DNA from: Octopus sinensis
Lineage: Eukaryota
DNA length: 64,000 nt
Direction: 5' to 3'
Assembly (NCBI RefSeq): GCF_006345805.1
Contig: NC_043004.1
Location: forward strand, 85,188,001 to 85,252,000
A model generated the notes under the pieces. The model was not told the origin of the DNA, ran no database searches, and saw nothing but the letters and a program-made list of their open reading frames with translations. The first letter of the stretch is position 1. Every line of letters starts with the position of its first letter. The position numbers were made by a program, and so were the translations under genes. Shown in pieces: positions 40,110 through 53,315 of this stretch.

Positions 40110-42973
40110 ATCAAGCCCTATGCATAGCACTTGTGGAAACTCACCTCAACCTTGATATAGAGGGCGCAGAAGTACACATACCAAACTATGCCATACTGCG
40201 AACAGACAGAAGGGAAAGGAGCCATGGTGGAGTTGCTGTATACATCCGAGCTGACCTCACACCCCAGGTCTTGATGACATACTCAAATTCGGTATGTGAC
40301 ACCTTAATTGTATACATAAGACAACATAATATAGTCATATGCAATACATATTGCCCACCGGATGCCCCAAATCACATAGGCAAGTTTGAAGATTGCCTCA
40401 CAAGAATTAAAGAAATCCTCATGAATCTGGAACATCACATGACCATATTTCTTATGGGTGATTTCAACTTCCCCAACGTCAAATGGACCGAAGGTCACAT
40501 ACTCTCAGGAATGAATCATTGCAAGCAAGTACAGGTGGAGTTCCTGCTCAACCTCACCAATGCCTTATTCATGGAGCAAGTTGTACTCAAGCCAACTAGG
40601 GCGAATAACATTCTGGATCTCTGCTTCACGAACAATATGGACATCATTCATGATGTGAAAGTGACACCGACATCAGTTTCGGATCACAACATAATAGAGC
40701 TGTCTATGTTTTGGCCGAAAGTGACCAGAGACATACAGCCTAAATGAAGCACCCGAAATCTCTCCAATCTGAACTTCCACAAAGCAGATTGGAAATCGAT
40801 TCAAAAAGAGATCCTCAGAGAGGACTGGCCGGAATGTCTCTCCACACCAGACATTGACATGAAACTAGAATGTTTCATGTCTTCTGTGCAAGCCGTATGC
40901 CAGAAATATGTCCCAGAACACAAGGCCAAAACAAATAGGAGCAGGATTCCAAGAGACAGGAAGATCCTCATGAGACGACGGACGAAGGTTGCAAATCGTA
41001 TCAACCAACGTCCCAAAAGTAGCGAAACGTCCCGCCTAAAAACAACACTGCAACAATCCTATGTGAAGGAGAAAGCAGACAAAGAAGCCTGGGTTATCAA
41101 AGACATTAAATCAAACCCAAAGGCCTTCTTTCATTACGCAAAAGAAACAGTCTCAGTGCACTACAAGATAGGACCCCTCCTCCAAAAGGATGGCTCCCTC
41201 ACAGACAGTCCAACTATGATCAGTGAGATGCTAAATGGCCAGTTCAAAAGTGTCTTTACCACCCCGTTGGAACACAGACAAGTGAACGAACCAGTGGACT
41301 TCTTTTCCGCCTCACCTATAACCAGCGAGGCGGTTACAATAGAATGTATTGACATTAGCGAAAAAGATGTCCTACTAACCATAGATGAAGTGGATACAAA
41401 CTCAGCTGCTGGTCCAGACTGTTTCCCAGCCATCCTCCTCAAAGCGTGTAAGCATGCCCTGGCAAAACCCATCAAGATTCTCTTCCAGAGCTTTCTTGCG
41501 AATGGCAAACTGCCAAGCAAGCTGAAGGAGGGAATAATATGCCCAATACATAAAGGGGGGAGTAGAGCAGATGCCAAAAACTATAGGTCTATCTCTCTGA
41601 CTTCACATATCAGCAAAGTCATGGAAAGGATAGTCAGAAAAAAACTAATCGCATTCCTTGAGGAAAATAACTTGCTGAGTAATACCCAGCATGGTTTTCG
41701 ACCAGGTAAGAGCTGCCTGACCCAGCTCTTACAGCAGTATGACTGGGTGTTGAGGCAGTTACTCAACAAATCAAATGTGGACGTAATCTACCTTGATTTT
41801 GCAAAAGCCTTTGACAAGGTGGATCATGGTATGATATGCCACAAACTACGTGACCTCGGCATAGCTGGAAAACTTGGAGTGTGGTTGCATGACTTCCTGA
41901 AAGATAGGAGTCAGGCAGTAGTGGTTAATGGAGGCACCTCTATGAACACACAAATAGTGAGCGGTGTTCCACAGGGCACTGTCTTTGGACCACTGCTTTT
42001 TATAGTGGCCCTCTCAGATATGCCCTCAAATGCCCGGATGGCCACTCTGGCCAGCTACGCAGACGATACGAAAGTCTCGCAGAAAATACAGAACCCCAGC
42101 GATGTTGCACACCTGCAGCAGGAGTTGGACTCAATCTACAGATGGGCTGAGGATAATAATATGCAGTTTAATGCTGAAAAATTCCAGGCCCTGCGCTACC
42201 AGCATCCAAAACTGAATATTAAACTTACAGGATACACTGGTCCACAGGGAATTTCAATCCCAGAGCCTAAGTCTGTGAGGGACCTGGGTATCGACATGAG
42301 TGATGATACCTCTTTCCAAGTGCACATTACCAGGATGGCGACAAAGTGCAGACGACTGGCTGGGTGGATTCTAAGAACATTCAGAACCAGAGATAAGGAA
42401 ACCATGATGGTCCTCTGGCGGACATTCGTCCTCAGTCGCCTGGATTACTGCTCACAGCTATGGTCACCCACCAGTGTAAAATTAACAGCAGACCTTGAAG
42501 CAATCCAGAGAAGATTCACAAAGAAGATCGTCTCTTTGCAACAGCTCAGCTACTGGGAAAGGCTGAAACAGCTAAGACTCTACTCCCTGGAGAGAAGACG
42601 GGAGAGGTATGCAGTAATATATGTCTGGAAGATCCTTGAAGGAATTGTGCCAAATTTTGGCATTGTAAGCTACACCAATGCTAGAACGGGACGACACTGC
42701 ATAGTGCCAAAGATCCCAGCAATGCCATCACGCTTCAGGACCAGCTTCTGCAACAGCCTGGGTTTCAAGGGCCCACAGCTTTTTAATATTCTCCCAAAGA
42801 GTCTGAGGAACTTGCACAAAGTAGATGTAGCGGTTTTTAAATCAAAGCTGGACATCTTCCTGTCAAGAGTCCTAGATGAACCTACCTCACGGCAAGAGGT
42901 GCAAATGAGAGTAGCTGTATCAAACTCCATTCTTCACCAAGTGCCACATAACAGACGAGGTTCGTCGCAATAA
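40110..42973 (+). pseudogene. APE endonuclease-reverse transcriptase of the CR1-like LINE, with a single in-frame TGA at 40745-40747
   Basis: APE: ETHL, GGVAVY, MGDFNFP, NILDLCFTN, SDHNII. RT: QHGFRPGKSCLTQL, YLDFAKAFDKVDH, SGVPQGTVFGPLLF, YADDTK. ORFs 40013-40747 and 40859-42973 share a frame; the intervening codons read STRNLSNLNFHKADW. Confidence 0.9.
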
Positions 42974-43039
42974 CAGTGTAGCACAAAACGGCGGTGCATC
43001 AGCATGGCCGCAGCTCTGAGCTGAAACTAAAAAAAAAAA
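40110..43039 (+). mobile_element. CR1-like LINE, 5'-truncated within the endonuclease, with 3' tail and poly(A)
   Basis: APE and RT in one frame; stop at 42971-42973; short 3' UTR, then A-run 43029-43039; lies between (TA)n tracts. Confidence 0.9.
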
Positions 43040-43045
43040 TTTTTT

Positions 43046-43077
<32 letters not shown>

Positions 43078-43084
43078 ATGAATT

Positions 43085-43085
43085 C

Positions 43086-43124
<39 letters not shown>

Positions 43125-43125
43125 C

Positions 43126-43191
<66 letters not shown>

Positions 43192-43192
43192 G

Positions 43193-43262
<70 letters not shown>
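43085..43262. repeat. (GATA)n microsatellite
   Basis: Direct reading. Confidence 0.95.
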
Positions 43263-43481
43263 CTTAAAATAACTAATATGAGTAAAATTCATCCTTACTT
43301 TAAATTATTTTGATGCTGAATATAAATTTTTTCTTTCTATCAATGTTTGTTTGTTACTGGATATTTGTGACTTATACAAAGAATGTTCTTTTCAAATGAT
43401 TGTCCTATCATATCCGATATATCTGAAATATTTGGTTATATCGAAATCAGATATGTTTACTGACTTTGTAACAAATTCATA

Positions 43482-44170
43482 CGAGGTGGTATCAAAACAT
43501 TCCCGGACTATTTTGTAGCACGCCAGCTGTTGTGTGCGCAGTGAGACCTGCATGAGGCAGGGTACCGTGTGACATCACTGTGTTTTTGTGATCACATGTA
43601 TGCTGATTACATGTATGCTGTAGTCTGAGATTTTGTCATGGGCAGGCAGTTGCAACAGAGAAATTTTACGTCAAACTTTGGAACTCTTTTACAGAGATGT
43701 TGATCATATTTCGGCAAGCTCACGGAGACGAGGCAATAGGTCGTTCGCAATGCTTCGAGTGGCATATTCGCTTCGAAAGCGAAAGAACATCTTTCGAAGA
43801 CGATGATCAATTTCGAAGAACTTGTAGGAGTGTCACACCTGCAAACGTGGAGAAATTCATCTGCTTGTGCATGAAGGTCGTCGGAGGACAATCAACGACA
43901 TTGCTGATGATGTTGGTCTGTTGTATGGGTCGTTGAAGTTAATTTTAACGCCCGGATTATCCACAAAGACCATTAGCCTTCTCACTCATGAGTTTCTCTG
44001 CAAAAATAAACATGGTGTCTCTTGTGCTACCACCGTATTCGCCAGATTTTGCCCCTACGGATTTCCAGCTCTTCTCCAAGATGAGAATACAACTCAAAGC
44101 TCACTGTTTTCTCTCCGCTGTCGAGATCGAAAGTGAACTGTAGTAGGTTCTCGCCTTGCTGACGGAAAAC
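43482..44170 (+). mobile_element. Internally deleted mariner-family DNA transposon relic
   Basis: Starts TA|CGAGGTGGTATCAAAACATTCCCGGAC; HTH-like FRQAHGDEAIGRSQCFEWHIRF; C-terminal LPPYSPDFAPTDF (YSPDLAP motif); most of the catalytic core is missing. Confidence 0.75.
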
Positions 44171-44189
44171 GATCATCGCACATCATAAC

Positions 44190-44770
44190 AGATCATCACA
44201 GATCCTCTTCCATGATTAACAGTAGGAAGAAGGCAGCCTGGGTCAAAGCCTTCGTTGGCTGTCTCCACACGTATACTCGGTCGGTGGTCGGAAATAAGGT
44301 AAAGGATGACTCGTCCGAGAAAATAACATTTTTCCACTGCTCAAGGGACCAATTCTGTAGGATTTTACTCCACTCTAAACGCTTTGCAACTTTTGTTTTT
44401 GAAAGTAGTGGTTTTCTAATTGCAGCTCTCCCGGGAAATCCGACTTTGTGCATCTCCCGGTGAACAATTTTTTGCAGACACAGGGTTCTCGAGTTGATAA
44501 TTAAGCTCAGTAGTAATTTTGGGAGCTGTACTTTTGTGATCCTTTCTAACAATTCGCAAAAGATTACGACGGACCCTACCTGAAATTTTTGGTTTTCTGC
44601 CGGAATTTTGTTTCGACGAGGAGGTTTTTCCCTCTTTCTGAAAGGCTCTCATTACTTTCGAGACAGTACTTCTTGATACAACAAACAATTTAGCTGTTTT
44701 CGTTACGCTAGCACCAGCCATTCGGGCACAAACAATTTGACCTCTGTTATCTGAAAAAGAGCAGTAAACT
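44190..44770 (-). mobile_element. Tc1-family transposase fragment (HTH domains and first catalytic Asp)
   Basis: VSRSTVSKVMRAF..SGRKPK; frameshifted continuation RAAIRKPLL..WKNVIFSDESSF..VWR. Confidence 0.8.
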
Positions 44771-44904
44771 TAGCAAAACATACGAAGCAACACTAATAAT
44801 AAATTAAAAAAAGCATAAAGCTAAACAAGCTTTTGACAGTTTCATAGATATTTCAAAATTATGATGCTATGATGCTAGGTGTTTCCATTATTGTGTCTTG
44901 CCTG

Positions 44905-45365
<461 letters not shown>

Positions 45366-45498
45366 ATCAAAAAATAAGCAACAAGAATGAATCTTTTTGA
45401 TTATAATCACCCCGCATATTTTTATGGGTAGCACCATAAAAAATTCTGGTGCATCTAAATTAAGTAACATATTCATTTAAATCTAAATTGTTGCTGAA

Positions 45499-45556
<58 letters not shown>

Positions 45557-46295
45557 ACATAGCAGTAAGACACTCGATACTATTGCCTTCTCGAAAAGAA
45601 AGGAAATCATTATTTTTAATTCTATTTGTGGAGATCTAACTACAAATTATCAACACCTATATCATTATAATTATAAAGCCTTCTACTGGCACCAATTAAA
45701 TTACAAATTCACATTCGTAAACAAGAACGTTCTGCTCTTTTATTGAAATTCTAGTTAATGCCAGCTTCATAATTTTTCAATAAATATCACTGTTGTTATT
45801 GCCTGAAGAGCAAATATTCGTATATTATTCAGAACCATCCATCATCATATTTCCTATTTGGTTAATATATTTGTAGTAGATCGGACATTACTTCAAAGAA
45901 CTCTATCACTTTAAATTCATGTCGACCAATCCTATGTCAATAACAATATTACACATGATAAGAGTTCTATTAATTTTCTATCTAAGTAGATAAAATAATC
46001 TTCTATCAATATTGAATTATTTCGCCAAGACAAACAATGCAATTTTATACAGATAGATGTTAACGATTGTATCCGATCACAATCTTTAAAGTAGATATTA
46101 TATCGAACGTATAAAATGAAGTATCAACGTAATCCCTCTGCATTGGCGGGCCTGATTGCAATAATGTAACTATACGTGCTTCCTCTATTTCAGTTAAATG
46201 CATCATTTGTAGCAGCGTCAATGTGTGGAAGGACACTGTTGAGAAAAAAAAATCCCCGTCTTTAATATATTATTTTTGCTTAATATGAAAATATA

Positions 46296-47185
46296 TACTC
46301 TTTACTCTTTTACTTGTTTCAGTCATTTGACTGTGGCCATGCTGGAGCACCGACTTTAGTCGAGCAAATCGAAGCCAGGACTTTCTCTTTGTAAGCCTAG
46401 TACTTATTATACCGGTTGCTTTTGCCGAACCGATAAGTTACAGTGACGTAAACACAGCAGTATCGGTTGTCAAGTGACGTTGGTGGGGAACAAACGATGA
46501 CACACAAACATATACACACACATATATACGCCGATCTTCTTTCAGTTTCCGTCTACCAAATCCACTCACAAGGCTTTGGTCGGCCCGAAGCTATAGTAGA
46601 AGTTACAGTGACGTAAACACAGCAGCATCAGTTGTAAAGTGATGTTGGAGGGGGACAAACACTGACACACAAACATATACACACACATATATTCGACGGG
46701 CTTCTTTCAGTCTCCGTCTACCAAATCCACTCACAATGCCTTGGTCGGCCCGAAGCTGTAGTAGAAGTTACAGTGACGTAAACACAGCAGCATCGGTTGT
46801 AAAGTGATGTTGGTGGGGGACAAACACTGACACACAAACATATACACACACATATATTCGACGGGCTTCTTTCAGTCTCCGTCTACCAAATCCACTCACA
46901 GGGCTTTGGTCGACCCGAAGCTATAGTAGAAGTTACAGTGACGTAAACACAGCAGCATCAGTTGTAAAGTGATGTTGGTGGGGGACAAACACTGACACAC
47001 AAACATATACACACACATATATTCGACGGGCTTCTTTCAGTCTCCGTCTACCAAATCCACTCACAATTCCTAGGTCGGCCCGAAAATATAGTAGAAGACA
47101 CTTGCCAAGATGCCACGCAGTGGGACTGAACACGGAACCATGTGGTTGGTAAGCAAGCTACTTACCACACAGCCACTCCTACGCC
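46296..47185 (-). mobile_element. Group A SINE with its 165-bp body repeated four times in tandem
   Basis: GTTACAGTGACGTAAACAC recurs at 46437, 46602, 46767, 46932; one head (A/B boxes, 47100-47185) and one tail. Confidence 0.9.
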
Positions 47186-48219
47186 TACTCTGTTCAAAAC
47201 TTACATCAACAATAATACACTAAATATTACAACTACTATTAATAATTTCGCGATTCGATGCTCTATACATGCTCTGGAACCTTCTCTTCATAACGAGCGA
47301 TTAAACGTTGTTAGAGCGTTGTCAAACAGGAGTACTGCATAGACGCAAAGTCGATTTATCATCGCTAATATGCAGTTGTGAGCGAGTATTTCGTATAGAA
47401 TTCCATGCAAATATGTAAGCAACATTTCAGTGGAATCTGCTGAGGTGTTCACCGGAGTCGACGAAAGGCAGTCTTTGGGTCGCAATTCTTAGATAAATAA
47501 TTTGCAGCGAATCAAAATGCAAGGTGAACTATACAGCGGAAGACAAATTTCAAGAAATGCGATACCCTAAATTTTGGTGGTGATATGATGGTTGGCATGC
47601 TCTAAAGCGTATTTCGAAACTATACATTTTCTTATTGTCTTAACAGCTGTTTATTGAAACTTGCCTCAAGCTGAGAAGAAGATAAGTCACGTAACCTAAT
47701 TACTGAAATCTCTGACGATTGCTTGTAGGCCCAACGTCGCATATAAGAATACCAACCAAATCGTAAGGTAGTCTCGATATTGTGGTTTAGTGTCCAGATC
47801 CCGAATCGAGAGTATTCTGTTATAAATGATCTTTGGTGTTATGAAGTATTCGAAATGCACCATTGAATTTTCTTTGAGCGGTAAATGTTTACATATACCA
47901 AATATTTTTTGATTTACTGTGGAAGCTTTGATATAATACCAATCCGACAAATAGCGCAGCAACAAGGAAAACAGACCTTAGTGCTGTAGTGGCATTATAC
48001 ATGTATTTAAAAGCTTTACAAAATTTAGTGAAACATGTGTGTGCGTTTTTGTATGTGCGTAAGTATAAGTTTGTATATGAGTATGCATTTCACAGCACTA
48101 TGAAGAAATTACAGAAAATATGACGAACAAAGTATGAAATCAAGCACTTCGGATAATTAATTTCAGGATTCTGGAAATGTATTTATATCATACATAGTTA
48201 TAAAAGCTAATTATGAGTG

Positions 48220-48252
<33 letters not shown>

Positions 48253-48644
48253 GAGATATGCTTTAAATGTTACAAAATTTGCTGTCATTCAGTGCTTCTT
48301 ACGTTATTGATGTTCTGAATAATTAGAGAGCAATTTGAAACGTTCATACTTTAATATATAGGTTTGAATATTGCGAGAATCTACCTTCTTTCTAATCATA
48401 GGAATATTTCGAATATATGAAATCACTGCATAAATGAAAGCAGATGAGAAGCCTTCAATAAATTTTAATAAGCATTTGCTCCACACACACATACACACAC
48501 ACACACACAGATATATATGTAACTGTATGCGTGTGCATTATATATATAAATTCAGCAAAATTTAGATTCAAATGAATATAGTACTTAAGTTAGATGCACC
48601 ACAATTTTGTATGGTGTTATCCATATAAATTCATGAGGTGATTA

Positions 48645-49914
48645 TGAGGGGCGTTCAATAAGTAATGCCCCTGACCCACTTCCCATAGCAGTAGAGCAAC
48701 GAAACTTGGCACAGTTATTAGTCTTTTTCTACATAGGAACCACCCAGAGTTACGCATTTCTTCCATTGTTTGATGCAGCTCTGGAGACTGTTTTTATAGA
48801 AGACCCCACCTTGCACCTCCAACCTGAACGTGACTTCAGAAATCAAGGCTGTATCATCTGGGAAACGCTTTCCTTTCAAAAACAACTTCATGACTGGGAA
48901 GAGGTGAAAATCAGAGGGTGCAAGGTCAGGAAAGTAAGGGGATGGGGGAGGAGTTCATAGTCATACGCCTGTGCTTCTGATCTGGCGACAAGCGAGTTGT
49001 GGACCGGAGCGTTGTCCTGCAGGAGGAGGATGCCTTTGCTGATCTTGCCCCGCCTCTTAATTTCTTCAAAAGTGAAGCATAATAGGCTCCTGCAATTGTG
49101 GTACCCTTTGCCAGGAAATCTGTCATCACTACTCCGTCCTGGTCACAGAAGACTGTGAACATGACCTTGCCAGCGGAGGGCTGCACCCTTGCCTTCTTTG
49201 GAGGGGGTGAGTCACGGTGCTTCCACTGCATTGACTGGGCTTTGGGCTCTGGATCATCGTGATGGACCCAGGTTTCATCCTGTGTAATCAGTCTTTTTAA
49301 AAATTTTGACTCATCTTCTTGGCACAACTCCAAATTCACCCTCGAGCACTCGACGCGTTCTTGCTTCTGGAAAGGCGTGAGCAACCTGGGAATCCATCTG
49401 GCAGACACCTTTTGCATATGCAAATGGTCATGAATGATAGATTCCACAGACCCGGTACTAATCTTGACCTCATGGGCTATTTGGCGAATAATTATGCGTC
49501 GATCTTCCAAAATGGCAGCCGCAACTTGACGGACAGGTGCCTCATCAATGGCAGAAGGGGCGACCAGATCTGGGAGCTGTTTCCACAGAGTTCTGACCAT
49601 GTTTGAATTCACGATGCGCGCGATTTACAAGGTCATATGATGGGGCATCATCACCATCAGTTACTTTCATTTCATCAAAAGTCTCCGTGGTGTGCGTCCT
49701 TTCAAATACAAAAACCGGATCACTGCTCGACACTCAACAGGATCCATTTCACACTTGACTCGGTTCAAACACTTGTAAATCAGAAACCACAATTAATCCA
49801 GAGCTGTAATTTGCCACTTACTCTATAGCAATAGACATGATTGCAAATGCAAAATTTCAGCTAGATCAAACAACTGCAAATGGGTCAGAGGCATTACTTA
49901 TTGAACGTCCCTCG
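48645..49914 (-). mobile_element. Full-length (1270 bp) mariner-family transposon, transposase frameshifted
   Basis: TA TSDs at 48643-44 and 49915-16; 34-bp TIRs, 31/34 identical. Motifs RSGRP, VSARWIPRLL, ITQDETW, QDNAPVH, PHPPYFPDLAPSDF across three frames. Confidence 0.92.
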
Positions 49915-50486
49915 TATAATCAAAATAAGCAATACGAATATCTCCGGTAATTTGGTACGATCGTTTGATGCTACATCATTTTATTGTATATTGTAAGTAT
50001 TACAACAGTTTTAAAATATTGAGCAATCATCAGCCATTTATAGAGGTTTTCCATTAATACATAATTTCCATATTAATTGATAACATTATAGAGAAGGTAG
50101 ATATATAGACAAAGATGTCGATGTGAATTTTAAGAACATTAAGGTAGTAGAGTTTAAAAAAAAACGTTTAAACAATCATTTTTCCTCCTTTAGGCTTAAA
50201 GATAAGGCAGGTTGCACAACATGGGTTAGTAAGATTTGGCAACTGAAAAGGAATAATATAGAATTTATCCTGAAATGGGATATAGTAAGAAAAGCACGTG
50301 TGTCTGTGTGTGTGCAAATGCAATATGTGACAATAATTCCGTAGCCATGATAAATTCGGAGTTTTTTCATGGCTACCGAATAATTGTCACATATTACATT
50401 TACAGATAAATTCTTCTATTTATATAATATCGAGGTCTCTTTTATTCATTTGTCGTTCTTACCCTTTTCTATCAATATATATATAT

Positions 50487-50630
50487 ACAACGGGTCTCTT
50501 TCTGTTCCGCTTACTATATTCACTCACAAGGGTTTGGTTCGGCCCGGAGCTACGGTGGAAGACACTTGACCAAGTTGTCACGCAGTGGGACTAAAACGGA
50601 ACCATGGGTTGGGAAGCACCTTCTTGCCAC
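50487..50630 (-). mobile_element. Degenerate group A SINE, 5' half
   Basis: CACTCACAAGG..GGAAGACACTTG.CCAAG..CACGCAGTGGGACT matches the intact copies. Confidence 0.6.
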
Positions 50631-50668
50631 ATTATGTATATTATATATATATATATAATATATATATA

Positions 50669-50846
50669 TATATAATATTAATTAGAGACAAAACCACTAT
50701 TTTGCAAAACAAACAAGGAAAGACTTAATCAATACATAAAATTTTAATAAAAAGTAAAAAAATTTTATTAAAATTTTATGTATTGATTAAGTCTTTCCTT
50801 GTTTGTTTTGCAAAATAGTGGTTTTGTCTCTAATTAATATTATATA
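50669..50846. repeat. Perfect inverted repeat, 84-bp arms with a 10-nt spacer
   Basis: 50669-50752 is the reverse complement of 50763-50846. Confidence 0.9.
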
Positions 50847-51791
50847 ATATTTTACTATAAAATTGGATTTAATCCTAAATCTGATTTTTTCCCTGTAAAT
50901 TTGGATTTATTCCCTAATATTTATTATATATATATATATATTAATTTCCCTGCATGAGCAGGAAGGGTGCTATCACACCACTACGCAACTGATTTTACCC
51001 CAACAGCGTTAGTTTTGGCGGTACATGATAATGGTGGATGCTTTTTGAATGCACCTCGTATATATTTGTGTGCATGCATGTACATATAATTATCATTTCC
51101 AACAAAAGTCATCGTTTTTTTTCTTTCTTATTTACTCTATCTTTGATTGTCAACTGGAATATTTACCCTACTGCTTATAGTGTTTCCTTTTCCAGCTAGG
51201 AAATATCTATTCACTTGTCAATATGGCAAGTAACATTTCTTGCGTAATAAATCTAATTCAAACCGAATCTGGCGGTGGAAATTCCATCTCCGCCAATACA
51301 AACACATAATTTAGTCGCTCCTTAGAGAGAAAAAATATAGCTTACATAATGTTTCCCTTCCTTCTTTTAATTCGTGCCCAAGATGTATAGGTAAGGATTC
51401 ATCTTCCATAACATACTTGTATTGCATTAACTGTAGGAAAAGATAACAAAATACCTACCAATATTTTGCATGTATATAGAAACTATATTTTCATTGTTAT
51501 ATGATTACGCGTTGTGCTTTTAACTCTAAGAATTGAAGGTGGATATAAAATATCACCCCTCTCACCTCCTTCACTCTCTCCCTCTCTCTCACATATTTTA
51601 CACGATGTCGAAAAAAACACAGATTTCTCATTTTTATTATTGCCTTACACTATGCTGTATACAAACATTGTTTGATACACCCATAATCATATATACATGC
51701 ACATAAACGCACATACATATTTTTATACATACGTACAAAAAGTGTGTGTAAGCATTTAGAATTTATAAAATATTCTCCGGTATATATAATT

Positions 51792-52540
51792 TTCTACTCT
51801 AAGCACAAGGCCTGAAATTTTAGAGGAAGGAGCAGTCGATTAAATCGACCCCAGTACACAACTGGTACTTAATTTATCGACCCCGAAAGAATAAAAATCA
51901 AAGCCGACCTCGGCGGAATATGAACTCAGAACATAAAAGACAGACGAAATACCCACAAGGGGCTAAACACAGAGAGGACAAGAAAGAACAGACAAACGCA
52001 TTAAGTCGATTATATCGACCCCAGTGCGTAACTGGTACTTATTTAATCGACCCCGAAAGGATGAAAGGCAAAGTCGACCTCGGCCGTATTTTAACTCAGA
52101 ACGTAACGGCAGACGAAATACCTATTTCTTTACCTACACAAGGGCCTAAATACAGAGACGACAAACAAGGACAGACAAACAGATTAAGTCGATTATATCG
52201 ACCCCAGTACGTAACTGGTTCTTAATTTATCAACCCCGAAAGGACGAAAGGCAAAGTCGACCTCGGCGGAATTTAAACTCAGAACGTAGCGGCAGACGAA
52301 ATACCTATTTCTTTACTACCCACAAGGTGCTAAACACAGAGGGGACAAACAAGGACAGACAGACGGATTAAGTCGATTACATAGACCCCAGTGCGTAACT
52401 GGTACTTAATTTATCGACCCCGAAAGGATGGAAGGCAAAGTCGACCTTGGCGGAATTTGAACTCAGAACACGAAGACAGACGAAATACCGCTCGGCATTT
52501 CGCCCGGCGTGCTAACGTTTCTGCCAGCTCGCCACCTTAG
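51792..52540 (-). mobile_element. Group C SINE with four tandem body copies
   Basis: GTCGATTA at 51835, 52005, 52188, 52372 (spacing 170, 183, 184); a single tRNA-like head at ~52480-52540. Confidence 0.85.
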
Positions 52541-53004
52541 ACCCCATTATATCTAGCTAACATTATGTACATGCTACGTGCATATATGAAATTCATGATG
52601 ACTGTCTATAAGATTGTCGGTACTGACCCCTAAAACATGTCTCCGTATCGACGCTAATGAAATAGAGGAACAGAGCTTTGTATTTACGTATCTGACATAT
52701 GTAAAAGTACATTTCCTCCGCTAATGATATTCTGTCACGTCGAAATATACACTTGTGTGGAGTAATATCACATTTATCTTGATATTAATGAAATTTCTTC
52801 CTAGCGTTTTGAGAGTGCATCCTTCTTTATATATATAGAAATCCATCTTATAGATACACACATACACACACATTCATACAGATAGATGGATAGATAGATA
52901 GATAGATAGTAGTTAGAAATATGCATAGGAAAATATGTTATCTCTTATAAAAAAGGATTTGTCTATATCATTAAATCAAGTTATTTAAATAGCTACATAC
53001 ACAC

Positions 53005-53010
53005 ACGTAC

Positions 53011-53045
<35 letters not shown>

Positions 53046-53115
53046 TATATATATATATAGTATATATATATATTATAATATATATATATATATAATATAT
53101 ATATAATTATGTATA

Positions 53116-53153
<38 letters not shown>

Positions 53154-53165
53154 TATATATATATC

Positions 53166-53199
<34 letters not shown>

Positions 53200-53220
53200 G
53201 TATATATATATATTATATAT

Positions 53221-53251
<31 letters not shown>

Positions 53252-53278
53252 CATATGTATATATACATACACACACAC

Positions 53279-53315
<37 letters not shown>
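53005..53315. repeat. Degenerate (TA)n tract
   Basis: Direct reading. Confidence 0.9.

Noticed and set aside
52715-52760. Second hammerhead (CTAATGA...CGAAA); also 59455-59480
   Set aside because: Core mismatch and no convincing stems.
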